Of a stretch of DNA of 64,000 bases, positions 19,420 through 28,003 are shown one piece after another (the stretch's first letter is position 1; every line of letters starts with the position of its first letter). The DNA is from an uncultured Mollicutes bacterium (GTDB lineage Bacteria > Bacillota_I > Bacilli_A > RF39 > UBA660), in the NCBI GenBank assembly GCA_946500425.1, contig CAMMVQ010000001.1:15056-79055 (forward strand), read 5' to 3'. Position numbers and translations under genes: made by a program. Below the pieces are notes generated by a model. That model was not told where the DNA came from. It did not search any database and was given only the letters and a program-made list of their open reading frames with translations.

Positions 19420-20844
19420 ATGTTAAAGCCAAGTTATAAGGAAGCTAAGAAAAGAACTAAAGATAAAATTAACGTGTTAAGGGATGAATACGTTATTCCT
19501 TCTTCTGTTAAAAATCTTGGTATGGGTAAAAAATATTATATAAAAACTTATGGTTGTCAGATGAATGAACATGATAGTGAGGTAATAGCAGCTATTTTAG
19601 AGGACATGAAGTACACTAAAGCAGATGATTACGAAGATGCTAACCTTATCATCTTAAATACTTGTGCTATAAGAGAAAACGCTCATAATAAGACGTTTGG
19701 TATGTTAGGAAGAATAAAGCACTTAAAACAAACTAAAAGGAACCTATTAGTTGGTCTTGCGGGGTGCATGAGTCAGGAAGAAAGCGTAGTAGATGAAATT
19801 TTAAGTAAATATAAGTGGATGGACTTTGTTTTTGGAACGCATAACATTCATAAGTTGCCAGAAATACTAGAAGCCCATGAAAACAGTAAAAAACTTGAAG
19901 TTAACGTGTGGTCTAACGAGGGAAACGTAATAGAAGGTTTACCCGCTAAAAGAGATTCAAACTATAAAGCTTGGGTAAACATTATGTATGGCTGTGATAA
20001 GTTTTGTACTTACTGTATCGTTCCTTATACCAGAGGCAAACAAAGAAGTAGAAGACCAGATGATATTATTAGTGAAGTAAGAGAATTAATTAATAAAGGT
20101 TATAAAGAAGTTACTTTGTTAGGACAAAACGTCAATGCTTATGGTAAAGATTTTGATGATTTGGATTATAAGATGGAAAACTTACTAGAAGATGTTGCTA
20201 AAACTGGCATTGAAAGAGTGCGTTTTGTAACATCTCATCCGTGGGATTTTACTGATAAAATGATAGACGTAATTGCAAAATATGATAATATTTGTAACTA
20301 TATTCATTTGCCAGTACAGTCAGGTTCTTCTAGAATTTTAAAACTAATGGGAAGACGTTACACGAAAGAATCTTACCTTGAATTATATAATAAGATAAGA
20401 AATAAGGTTAAAAACTGTTCGATAACGACTGACATTATCGTTGGCTTCCCAGGAGAGACAAAAGAAGACTTTGAAGAAACGTTAGACCTTGTTAAAATTT
20501 GTAAGTTTGATTCTGCTTTTACGTTCATTTATTCACCAAGAGTTGGAACTCCTGCAGCTATGATGAAAGATGACGTGACCAAAGAAGAAAAAGAAAAAAG
20601 GTTATACGAGTTAAATGACGTTATAAATAAGTATGCGCTTAAGCATAATGAAAAATACGTTGGTAAAACCGTTTTGGTATTAGCTGAAAAAGTAAGTGAA
20701 AAAGACGATAGCATGCTTGCGGGTTATACTGATACGATGAAACTAGTAAACGTTAAGGCTGATGAAAAATACTTAGGTCAAATAATAAAAGTTAAAATAA
20801 CTGATGCTAAAACGTGGAGTTTGGATGGAGAAATTGATGAATAG
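19420..20844 (+). CDS. miaB: tRNA-i6A37 methylthiotransferase MiaB (YmcB-like)
   Basis: YIKTYGCQMNEHDSE N-terminal cluster, radical-SAM CDKFCTYC, and a TRAM C-terminus. Confidence 0.9.
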   Translation: MLKPSYKEAKKRTKDKINVLRDEYVIPSSVKNLGMGKKYYIKTYGCQMNEHDSEVIAAILEDMKYTKADDYEDANLIILNTCAIRENAHNKTFGMLGRIKHLKQTKRNLLVGLAGCMSQEESVVDEILSKYKWMDFVFGTHNIHKLPEILEAHENSKKLEVNVWSNEGNVIEGLPAKRDSNYKAWVNIMYGCDKFCTYCIVPYTRGKQRSRRPDDIISEVRELINKGYKEVTLLGQNVNAYGKDFDDLDYKMENLLEDVAKTGIERVRFVTSHPWDFTDKMIDVIAKYDNICNYIHLPVQSGSSRILKLMGRRYTKESYLELYNKIRNKVKNCSITTDIIVGFPGETKEDFEETLDLVKICKFDSAFTFIYSPRVGTPAAMMKDDVTKEEKEKRLYELNDVINKYALKHNEKYVGKTVLVLAEKVSEKDDSMLAGYTDTMKLVNVKADEKYLGQIIKVKITDAKTWSLDGEIDE

Positions 20845-21166
20845 TATTAGTAACAAAATAGATGAAATGTTTGATGAGTTTGAAAGTTCCGAGCTTTGCC
20901 AAAACTATTTAAGCGCTAAAAAACAATTACTTAATAATGATGAAGTAATGGGTTTAATCGAAGAAATAAAAAGACTTCAAAAAATTGCTACCAATAATCA
21001 TGATGAAAACATAGAAGCAATTTTAAAGAGTTTATATCAAAAATTAGAAAGTTATCCATTATACCAAAGTTATAAAGTATTAGAAGAGGAAATAAACGAA
21101 GAGTTATTCATGGTAAAAGAGCAGTTTGAGAAGTATTTTAATAGCTTATTAAAGTTAGATGTATAA
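20825..21166 (+). CDS. ymcA: YmcA/YlbF-family protein (RicA-like), in the conserved position downstream of miaB/ymcB
   Basis: Small helical protein with LCQNYLSAKKQL...YQKLESYPLYQSYKVLEEEINE. An alternative start lies at 20837. Confidence 0.65.
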   Translation: MEKLMNSISNKIDEMFDEFESSELCQNYLSAKKQLLNNDEVMGLIEEIKRLQKIATNNHDENIEAILKSLYQKLESYPLYQSYKVLEEEINEELFMVKEQFEKYFNSLLKLDV

Positions 21167-21174
21167 AACCATGG

Positions 21175-21203
21175 TTGACATTTTCTTTATTAACATATAA
21201 AAT
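21175..21203 (+). promoter_or_regulatory. Promoter (TTGACA-17-TAAAAT) for the T-box leader
   Basis: Consensus -35 with an A/T-rich -10. Confidence 0.45.
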
Positions 21204-21430
21204 GTAGGTATTAACAAGGACGGCATTCTTATTAGTTAACACTTTATCAAAAAAGAGATTACGCGGATAGGTGAAAGCGTAAGATAAACGTTAATGAATT
21301 ACAAATGCCCGAGTTAAACGTTAGGTAAGCGTTAATTCTAATGAGTGCTAGATTCTTCTAGAACAAAGGTGGTACCGTGGACTTATTAGTTCATCCTTTA
21401 ATTAGGATGGACTTTTTTATTGAAATAGGG
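21204..21430 (+). promoter_or_regulatory. T-box riboswitch leader (tyrosine, candidate UAC specifier) with an intrinsic terminator
   Basis: T-box core aaAGGTGGTACCGTGG at 21365-21380. Terminator catcct-ttaatt-aggatg followed by a U-run at 21392-21418. gaaUUACAa is a candidate UAC-A specifier. Confidence 0.6.
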
Positions 21431-21437
21431 AGGAATT

Positions 21438-21869
21438 ATGGACGTAAGAAAACTTGCACTAGATGAAGGAATAGAATGTATTGGTAACATAATGACAAAA
21501 AATCATGGCATTAGTTATGTTGGAATATATTGTAATAATTATGAAGGAAAAGAAGTTATTGCGATTGAATCAAATCTTTCTCTTCAACTAAAAAGGCTAA
21601 TAGTGCTTTATTTTCTAATCAGAAAGGAACTTGGAAGGATAGAGAATGAAGAAGTATTAGGAATATTTGGAGAATTTGATAAAGAAGCTATGGGTTTAGC
21701 ATATCAGCGTCTTATCTTAGAACATGATAATGACTACGAAGAGAAAAATTACGTTGATGCTAATAAGGTGGCATTAGACGAAATAGGATTACCCAAAACT
21801 TTAAATTACTTAAAAGATTACTTGTTTAAAAAACAAAAATTTGATGATGTATGGAGGGAAATAAAATGA
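21438..21869 (+). CDS. Hypothetical protein (143 aa), first gene of the T-box-controlled tyrS operon
   Basis: ORF with GGGAGG RBS. No domain recognised. Confidence 0.45.
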   Translation: MDVRKLALDEGIECIGNIMTKNHGISYVGIYCNNYEGKEVIAIESNLSLQLKRLIVLYFLIRKELGRIENEEVLGIFGEFDKEAMGLAYQRLILEHDNDYEEKNYVDANKVALDEIGLPKTLNYLKDYLFKKQKFDDVWREIK

Positions 21870-23092
21870 CATTATTTGAAGATTTAAAATGGAGAGGGTT
21901 AGTACAAGATATTAGTGATGAGGTCTTAATTAATAAGTTAAATAACGAAAGTCTAACTTTCTATATCGGAACTGATCCAACGGCTGATTCGATGCACATT
22001 GGGCATTATTCATCATTTTTAATATCAAAAAGATTGGCTAAAGCAGGTCACAAACCAATTTTGCTTGTTGGTGGTGCAACTGGACTTATTGGGGACCCTA
22101 AACCAACTAGCGAAAGACCAATGATTTCAAAAGAAGAAGTAGAAAAAAACTTTATTGGGTTAAAAAATCAGGCAGAGAAAATATTTGGCTTTGAGGTTGT
22201 TAACAACTTTGACTGGATAAAGGATATCAACGTAATAGACTTTTTAAGAGACTATGGAAAGTACTTTAACATCAATTACATGCTTGCAAAAGATAAAGTT
22301 AAATCAAGATTAGAAAGTGGTATTACTTATGCTGAGTTTTCTTACATGATTTTACAAGCCCTTGATTTTATGCACTTATACGAAACAAGAGGATGTACTT
22401 TACAGGTTGCTGGTTCTGACCAATGGGGAAACATAACATCAGGAATAGAACTAATAAGGAAAAAATTAGGTAAAGAAGCTTATGGCATGGTTATGCCACT
22501 TGTTACTGATTCAAATGGGGTTAAGTTTGGAAAGACGGAAGGTAACGCATTATGGCTTGATAAAAATAAAACTTCTTCTTATGAATTGTATCAATACTTA
22601 ATTAATCTAGAAGATTCAATGATTATAGAATACTTAAAGAAACTTACGTTTTTAAGTAAAGAAGAAATAGAAAAAATAGAAAAAGAACATGATGAACATC
22701 CAGAATTAAGAATTGCACATAAAGCGTTAGCGAAAGAAGTAATAACTGATATTCATGGTAAAGATGAGTATGAAAAAGCGCTTAGAATAAGTGAGGCTTT
22801 ATTTAGTGGTAACGTGATGAACTTAAGTAAAGAAGAAATACTAGATGGTTTTAAAGGAGTACCTAGTTTTGAGGCTAAAGCAGGTACCACTTTAATTGAC
22901 GCGCTAATAGAATCAAACGTTTGCCAAAGTAAAAGAGAAGCGAGAGAGTTTTTGAAAGCTGGAACTATTAGTTTAAATGGAAATAAGGTAAGTGATGAAA
23001 ACTTAATACTTGATAAAACGCATACCTTACATGATGAAATAATAATTATTCGTCGTGGTAAGAAAAAGTACTACGTAGGTCATTTGAAGTAA
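21866..23092 (+). CDS. tyrS: Tyrosyl-tRNA synthetase
   Basis: MTLFEDLKWRGL N-terminus, HIGH-like HIGH(Y) region, KFGKT motif and a C-terminal S4 domain. GGAGGG RBS. Confidence 0.95.
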   Translation: MTLFEDLKWRGLVQDISDEVLINKLNNESLTFYIGTDPTADSMHIGHYSSFLISKRLAKAGHKPILLVGGATGLIGDPKPTSERPMISKEEVEKNFIGLKNQAEKIFGFEVVNNFDWIKDINVIDFLRDYGKYFNINYMLAKDKVKSRLESGITYAEFSYMILQALDFMHLYETRGCTLQVAGSDQWGNITSGIELIRKKLGKEAYGMVMPLVTDSNGVKFGKTEGNALWLDKNKTSSYELYQYLINLEDSMIIEYLKKLTFLSKEEIEKIEKEHDEHPELRIAHKALAKEVITDIHGKDEYEKALRISEALFSGNVMNLSKEEILDGFKGVPSFEAKAGTTLIDALIESNVCQSKREAREFLKAGTISLNGNKVSDENLILDKTHTLHDEIIIIRRGKKKYYVGHLK

Positions 23093-23113
23093 AAATCATA
23101 AAACTAGCAGATA

Positions 23114-23152
23114 AAAGTGGACACAAAAAACGTGTGAACCACTTTTTATTTT
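23114..23152 (+). terminator. Rho-independent terminator after tyrS
   Basis: agtgg.../...ccact hairpin followed by tttttatttttttg. Confidence 0.5.
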
Positions 23153-23264
23153 TTTGTTTAATTATTTAGATTTTAAATTTCTAATGGGGGTACTGCACTT
23201 GAATGACTATGGAACTTACGATATAATCATTTTATAAAATAAGGGATAATTAAGTGGCGATATC

Positions 23265-23753
23265 GTGAAAGAAGAATGGATAAAAAGAAACCGAAAAATA
23301 TTACTTATAATAAATATAGTTTTGGTTGCGTATATATTTACGTTATCAATTGGCTATGCTTTATTAAGTGATTCACTTACCGTTAACGGTGTTGCCACTA
23401 CCGTTGGTGTTTATGAAGGAGCCACGCTTCCGATTGATCTCGTTGTTTTAGATACTAAGAATAACAGGTATTATCTTCAAACCGGAGATAGCAAAAAACA
23501 TTTGGATTTTAAACGTGAAACTTGGCAGGGAGATTCTTATACGGTTTATTACCGAAAAGCATTTGGAATGGTCGCCTCTGGTAAGGTTACGCAAACTTTT
23601 ACCATTGCTTTTACTAACCCTACGGCCCTTGATTTTACCAACGGAAAAATAACCACTTGGGAAGTTCAAGATGATATTTCGTCATCGTTAGAGAATTTAA
23701 GTGGTAGTATATCTACAACTAACGTTAAACCTGGAGAAAGATGCGAGGTGTAA
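23265..23753 (+). CDS. Secreted/anchored protein with a SipW-cognate-type (TasA/camelysin-like) N-terminal signal
   Basis: h-region followed by SIGYALLSDSLTVNGVATT (compare GTxAYFSD of SipW substrates). GTG start. Confidence 0.45.
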   Translation: MKEEWIKRNRKILLIINIVLVAYIFTLSIGYALLSDSLTVNGVATTVGVYEGATLPIDLVVLDTKNNRYYLQTGDSKKHLDFKRETWQGDSYTVYYRKAFGMVASGKVTQTFTIAFTNPTALDFTNGKITTWEVQDDISSSLENLSGSISTTNVKPGERCEV

Positions 23754-23897
23754 ATGACCGTTACCCATACTTTTTCAGTTATTACTAACCGTCATAAAAT
23801 TGGTGCGCACGTAACGTTTGAGCTTCAGGGAATAGAAAGAAATTTTTATTTTTATGTTCAGTGGGATCCGAATGCCGCCACTTTAGAAGAGAGTTAA
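23754..23897 (+). CDS. Small ORF (47 aa) starting at the stop codon of the preceding gene; possibly a split C-terminal fragment
   Basis: gaggtgTAAATG junction. The translation is MTVTHTFSVITNRHKIGAHVTFELQGIERNFYFYVQWDPNAATLEES. Confidence 0.3.
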   Translation: MTVTHTFSVITNRHKIGAHVTFELQGIERNFYFYVQWDPNAATLEES

Positions 23898-23965
23898 ATA
23901 CTCTTTTTATTTTCTTTAAAATCTGATATAATTATATAGCTTATAAAAAGAAAGGAGGTAAAATT

Positions 23966-25612
23966 ATGAGTAAAATTAAAATTTTCGCTTTAGGTGGCCT
24001 TAACGAAGAAGGAAAGAACATGTATGTTGTTAAGGTTGATAATGATATTTTTATTTTTGATGCCGGCTTAAAATACGCAAGTGACAAACTTTTAGGAGTT
24101 GACTACGTTATTCCTAACTTTGACTTTATAAAGGAAAACATAAAACACATTAAAGGTTTATTCATTACTCATGGTCATGAAAAGAACATGGGAGCGGTTT
24201 GTGACATAGTTACTGAGGTTCCTAGTTTAAAGGTGTATGCAACCAGGTTTACCGCTAACATACTTAGAAAAGAACTTGATGACTCAAACGTTAAGTTTAA
24301 AAACCTAGTTACGATCGATCCTTATAAGAAAATTAGTTTTGGAAAAACAAGTGTTTTTCCGGTTAGATTAACTCACTCTATACCCGATAACGTTGGTTAC
24401 GCTCTAAACACTCCAGACGGAACGATTTTTTATACTGGAAATTATGTTTTTGATGCTACCATGTTAGGCCCTTATAAGGCTGACATAGGAAAACTTGCAT
24501 ACATCGGTAAACAAGGGGTTTTGTGTTTGCTAGGAGAGTCAATGTACGCTGATAAAACTGGTTATACATCTCCAAAAAACAGAATAGATAAGTTAATTAG
24601 AGACACTTTAAATAAAACTGATAACCGAATAATTGTTACCGTGTTTACGGCACACGTATCAAGAATTGAAGAATTATTTAACGAAATAGCCAAAACAACT
24701 AGAAGAGTGGTTGTTATGGGACATAAGCTTCAAGGTATTATTAATGATATTCTTGATAATAATTACGTTAATTTTAACCGCGATAGGATTGGTGACTTAA
24801 GCAATATAAACGATAAAGATGCCGTAATCCTAATTTCAAACGAAAGAGAAAAACCTTTTATGAATTTAAATCGAATCATAAATGGGTATGATAAGTACGT
24901 GAAGATAAAACCTACGGATACCGTGTTTTTCATGGAACCAATTAATGATTATAACGAGAAGCTAGCTATTAAAGTAGTAGATGACATTTCAAAAGCAGGA
25001 GTATCAGTTGTTACCATGTCAAGGAAAGAAAACCTTTTACACCATGCTTCAAGTGAAGATATAATGCTTATGTTGGACCTTATGAATCCTAAGTATTACA
25101 TGCCGGTTGAAGGTGAATATCGTCACATGGTAGCTAACGCAAAATGTGCAAGTCACGTTGGAATGAAAAAAGAAAACATCTTGCTTAAGCAAAATGGTGA
25201 CGTTGTAACGTTTGTCAATGGTAACCTTAAAGACACCAAAGAAAGAATTAAAGTAGATGATATTTTAATTGACGGTAATTCAAACCAAGACATAGGTGAG
25301 TTAGTACTAAAAGACCGTGAACTTTTGGCAGATAATGGTATTGTTATTATTTGTTCAACCATTGATAAGAAAACCAAAGAGATTTTAGCACCACCAGAAG
25401 TTTTAACAAGAGGTTTTGTTTACGTTAAAGAAAGCATTGACTTAATTAATGAAATTAAGAGAATATCACTAGAAGTAATTAACGAAAACATAAGTGATAA
25501 TTACGTTGAGTATAACAAAATTAAAATGGGAATAAGAGAACGACTAAGCAAATACTTATATGATGAAACTGAATGTCGTCCGATGATAATTACCGTAATT
25601 CAAGAGGTATAA
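23966..25612 (+). CDS. rnj: Ribonuclease J family (RNase J2-like, with a degenerate metallo-beta-lactamase motif)
   Basis: Beta-lactamase, beta-CASP and C-terminal domain organisation at 548 aa. Motif II reads HGHEKN instead of HGHEDH. AAAGGAGG RBS. Confidence 0.8.
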   Translation: MSKIKIFALGGLNEEGKNMYVVKVDNDIFIFDAGLKYASDKLLGVDYVIPNFDFIKENIKHIKGLFITHGHEKNMGAVCDIVTEVPSLKVYATRFTANILRKELDDSNVKFKNLVTIDPYKKISFGKTSVFPVRLTHSIPDNVGYALNTPDGTIFYTGNYVFDATMLGPYKADIGKLAYIGKQGVLCLLGESMYADKTGYTSPKNRIDKLIRDTLNKTDNRIIVTVFTAHVSRIEELFNEIAKTTRRVVVMGHKLQGIINDILDNNYVNFNRDRIGDLSNINDKDAVILISNEREKPFMNLNRIINGYDKYVKIKPTDTVFFMEPINDYNEKLAIKVVDDISKAGVSVVTMSRKENLLHHASSEDIMLMLDLMNPKYYMPVEGEYRHMVANAKCASHVGMKKENILLKQNGDVVTFVNGNLKDTKERIKVDDILIDGNSNQDIGELVLKDRELLADNGIVIICSTIDKKTKEILAPPEVLTRGFVYVKESIDLINEIKRISLEVINENISDNYVEYNKIKMGIRERLSKYLYDETECRPMIITVIQEV

Positions 25613-25689
25613 GCTTTTATACTTCTTTTGTTTTATTTGACAATTTTAACTCGAGTTGATATTATATATTTAGATGGAGGTATTTTAAG

Positions 25690-26382
25690 ATGGCACAAGA
25701 ATTGACATTACCGAATTATTATAAAGAACTAAACATACCTTATAATGCGTCCAAACATGATATTAGAAATATCTTGGAAGAATTAGACAAGAAGGCTCTG
25801 AATACAAGAGATAAGATTTACTTACAAACCGCGGGGGTATATTTACTTAAAGAAAAAGAAAAATATGATAATTATTTAAGAAATCGGGGTGTTAACATAC
25901 CACATTCAAAAAAGAATCGCAGGTATAAGTTGCAGAAAAAGGTAATTGCTATTGGCATGGTTGTTGCTATTGGTCTTTCTGGAATGGCTGGTTCCGTGAT
26001 ACAAAAAACTATTAGTAAAGACGAAGCAAGTAACGTTTGTGTTGAATATGAGGTTCAACCTGGTGACAGTATGAATATGTTAAAAGATGAGTATGGTCTT
26101 AAGGATGTTGGTTTTTCATATTATGAAGTTTCTGGGTTTCAAAGACAGGAATTGTCAAACGGAACTTCGGGTTTTATTGCGGCCGGTGACGTTATAATCG
26201 GAAGAACAACTAAAGAACAAGCTGATAAGCTGGTTGAAGAGGGAAATGCTAGGATTATTTCTATAGATGAGGCAGTAGAACTTTTGGAAGCAAATGGTTC
26301 ACTTTCTGGTAAGTTTAGAGGTTATGTTACCGGTGATAGTAACTATACTTTTTATGTTCCTACTAATGAAAAAAGTTTATGA
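25690..26382 (+). CDS. Membrane-anchored protein with a LysM-like motif
   Basis: TM VIAIGMVVAIGLSGMAG. YEVQPGDSMNMLKDEYGL resembles LysM. Confidence 0.45.
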   Translation: MAQELTLPNYYKELNIPYNASKHDIRNILEELDKKALNTRDKIYLQTAGVYLLKEKEKYDNYLRNRGVNIPHSKKNRRYKLQKKVIAIGMVVAIGLSGMAGSVIQKTISKDEASNVCVEYEVQPGDSMNMLKDEYGLKDVGFSYYEVSGFQRQELSNGTSGFIAAGDVIIGRTTKEQADKLVEEGNARIISIDEAVELLEANGSLSGKFRGYVTGDSNYTFYVPTNEKSL

Positions 26383-26387
26383 TAAAA

Positions 26388-26416
26388 AAAGAACTTTAAA
26401 AAGTTCTTTTTTTAAT
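26388..26416 (+). terminator. Rho-independent terminator
   Basis: Perfect aaagaacttt / aaagttcttt inverted repeat followed by a T-run. Confidence 0.7.
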
Positions 26417-26855
26417 TATGAACGAGTGTTATTTAAATATATGTTTAATAATTAGAATGAGGGCAACAAAAGACTAGCTTTGTTTTCCATTTCTTTTGAA
26501 TAAGAAGGGATGGTGATAGTTATGAGATTTAGATTTGAAATAAAGTTTAACATCAAAATAATTATCCTTTTAGTGCTAGTAATAGATTTAATGGTTATTA
26601 TTAATTATTAAAAGAAAAACAGAGTTAGTTGTTGTAAACTAGCTCTGTCTTTCAAAAATACACATTTTGGAAAACAACTAGTAAGTTGTCCTCTCTAAAT
26701 AAATTATATCCAAAAATGAAATAAATATCAATTGAAAAAATAAAATTTACACTTGTTTTCCACAGGAAGTAAAAAAACTTGACGGGGGGGTAATATGATA
26801 TTATCAACATGTAAAATGATGAAAAAATAAGGTTATGAACAGGAGTTGGTAATAT

Positions 26856-27398
26856 ATGGGGTTAAGTAATCAAAAGAAAGTAATAGTAGGCCTATTAGCA
26901 TTAGTGTTGTCACTAATGGTAGGATATGCAGTGTTTAGTGAAAGTTTAAACATAAAAGGAAGTGCCTCAACGGGAAGTAGTGATTTTAACATTATCTTTA
27001 GTAAGATAAATGGTATAAGTGAAAAAGGAAGTAGTAATGTAACAGCAAACATAGTAAGTAATGGAAAGAAGTTAGAAGTAAGTGTACCAAAATTACAATA
27101 TCCAACAAGTTATGCAGAGTTTGATGTAACGATAAAGAACGAAGGAGAGATAAATGCAATACTAACCGGAATAGAAACAGAAGGGTTAGATAACGAAGAT
27201 ATAAAAGTAACGTATAGTGGAATATCTCAAGATGAGATACTAGGTTCTAATCAAGAGAAGAGAATGAAGATAAAAGTAACATGGGATGAAACATCAACAA
27301 ATACGAGTGAAAATGCTTCATTTACGATAACAATAACGTATGAGCAAGATACCGAAGGCAGACAGACAACTACCACCCCACAAAAACATACGCGGTAG
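26856..27398 (+). CDS. SipW-cognate-signal secreted protein (TasA-like), N-terminal portion; appears frameshifted into the following ORF
   Basis: MVGYAVFSESLNIKGSASTGS signal-like motif. AGGAG RBS. The C-terminal TTTTPQKHTR* follows a C4/A5 tract. Confidence 0.5.
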   Translation: MGLSNQKKVIVGLLALVLSLMVGYAVFSESLNIKGSASTGSSDFNIIFSKINGISEKGSSNVTANIVSNGKKLEVSVPKLQYPTSYAEFDVTIKNEGEINAILTGIETEGLDNEDIKVTYSGISQDEILGSNQEKRMKIKVTWDETSTNTSENASFTITITYEQDTEGRQTTTTPQKHTR

Positions 27399-27910
27399 GA
27401 GATGAGTTCTGCTTAGGAGAAGAGTGTTTTTACACGATAAAGGATAACGGAAATACTGTAACTGCGTTTGCTAAGTACAACTTGGATTTAAATAGTAATT
27501 TACAAAGTCAATCTGTTGGTATTGCTGTTACTAAACTTTTTTCAGAGACAAATTATTGGAGTGATAGAGGATTAAGTTATCCAGCAGATGTATATAATAG
27601 TAATTCTTTACTATATGAACATGTAGAAAACTATGAAAATTATTTAAAGAGTACATTAAGCAAAACAAGTGTATCCGCAAGATTAATAACGTATGATGAG
27701 TTAGAAAGTTTAGGATGTTCTGGTGATGGTAGTTCATGTTTATCCGCACCATCATGGGTATATGATACAAATTATTGGAGCGCCTGTGCGAACAACAATA
27801 ACAACGTCTGGATTGTTGATTCGGGTGGCAGCTTTGGAAATATTGGCTTTGACATTGGCGGTCTCTTTGGCGTTCGTCCAGTTATAACCATCTCGAAGTC
27901 AGATATTTAG
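27344..27910 (+). pseudogene. Continuation of the preceding gene in the +2 frame (the C-terminal domain ends with a ...GVRPVI motif); frameshift or sequencing error
   Basis: Frame 2 is open from 27344 with no ATG and reads ...PTKTYAVGDEFCLGEECFYTIKDNGNTVTAFAKYNL... in continuity with the upstream gene. Confidence 0.45.
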
Positions 27911-27964
27911 TTTTAATTTAAAATACATGATTTTAAACGATTTTTTGCAACATTTCCTTGTTTT

Positions 27965-27973
27965 ATGCTATAA
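27965..27973 (+). promoter_or_regulatory. Extended -10 (TGcTATAAT) upstream of typA
   Basis: Seen in sequence. Confidence 0.35.
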
Positions 27974-28003
27974 TGACTAGGTGTGAAAAAGAAGGTGTTG
28001 TAT

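Noticed and set aside
26521-26610. 29-codon hydrophobic ORF MRFRFEIKFNIKIIILLVLVIDLMVIINY with an RBS in the 450-nt gap before the SipW-signal gene
   Set aside because: It is short, AT-rich and of low complexity, and cannot be distinguished from chance. The nearby imperfect hairpins are also weak.
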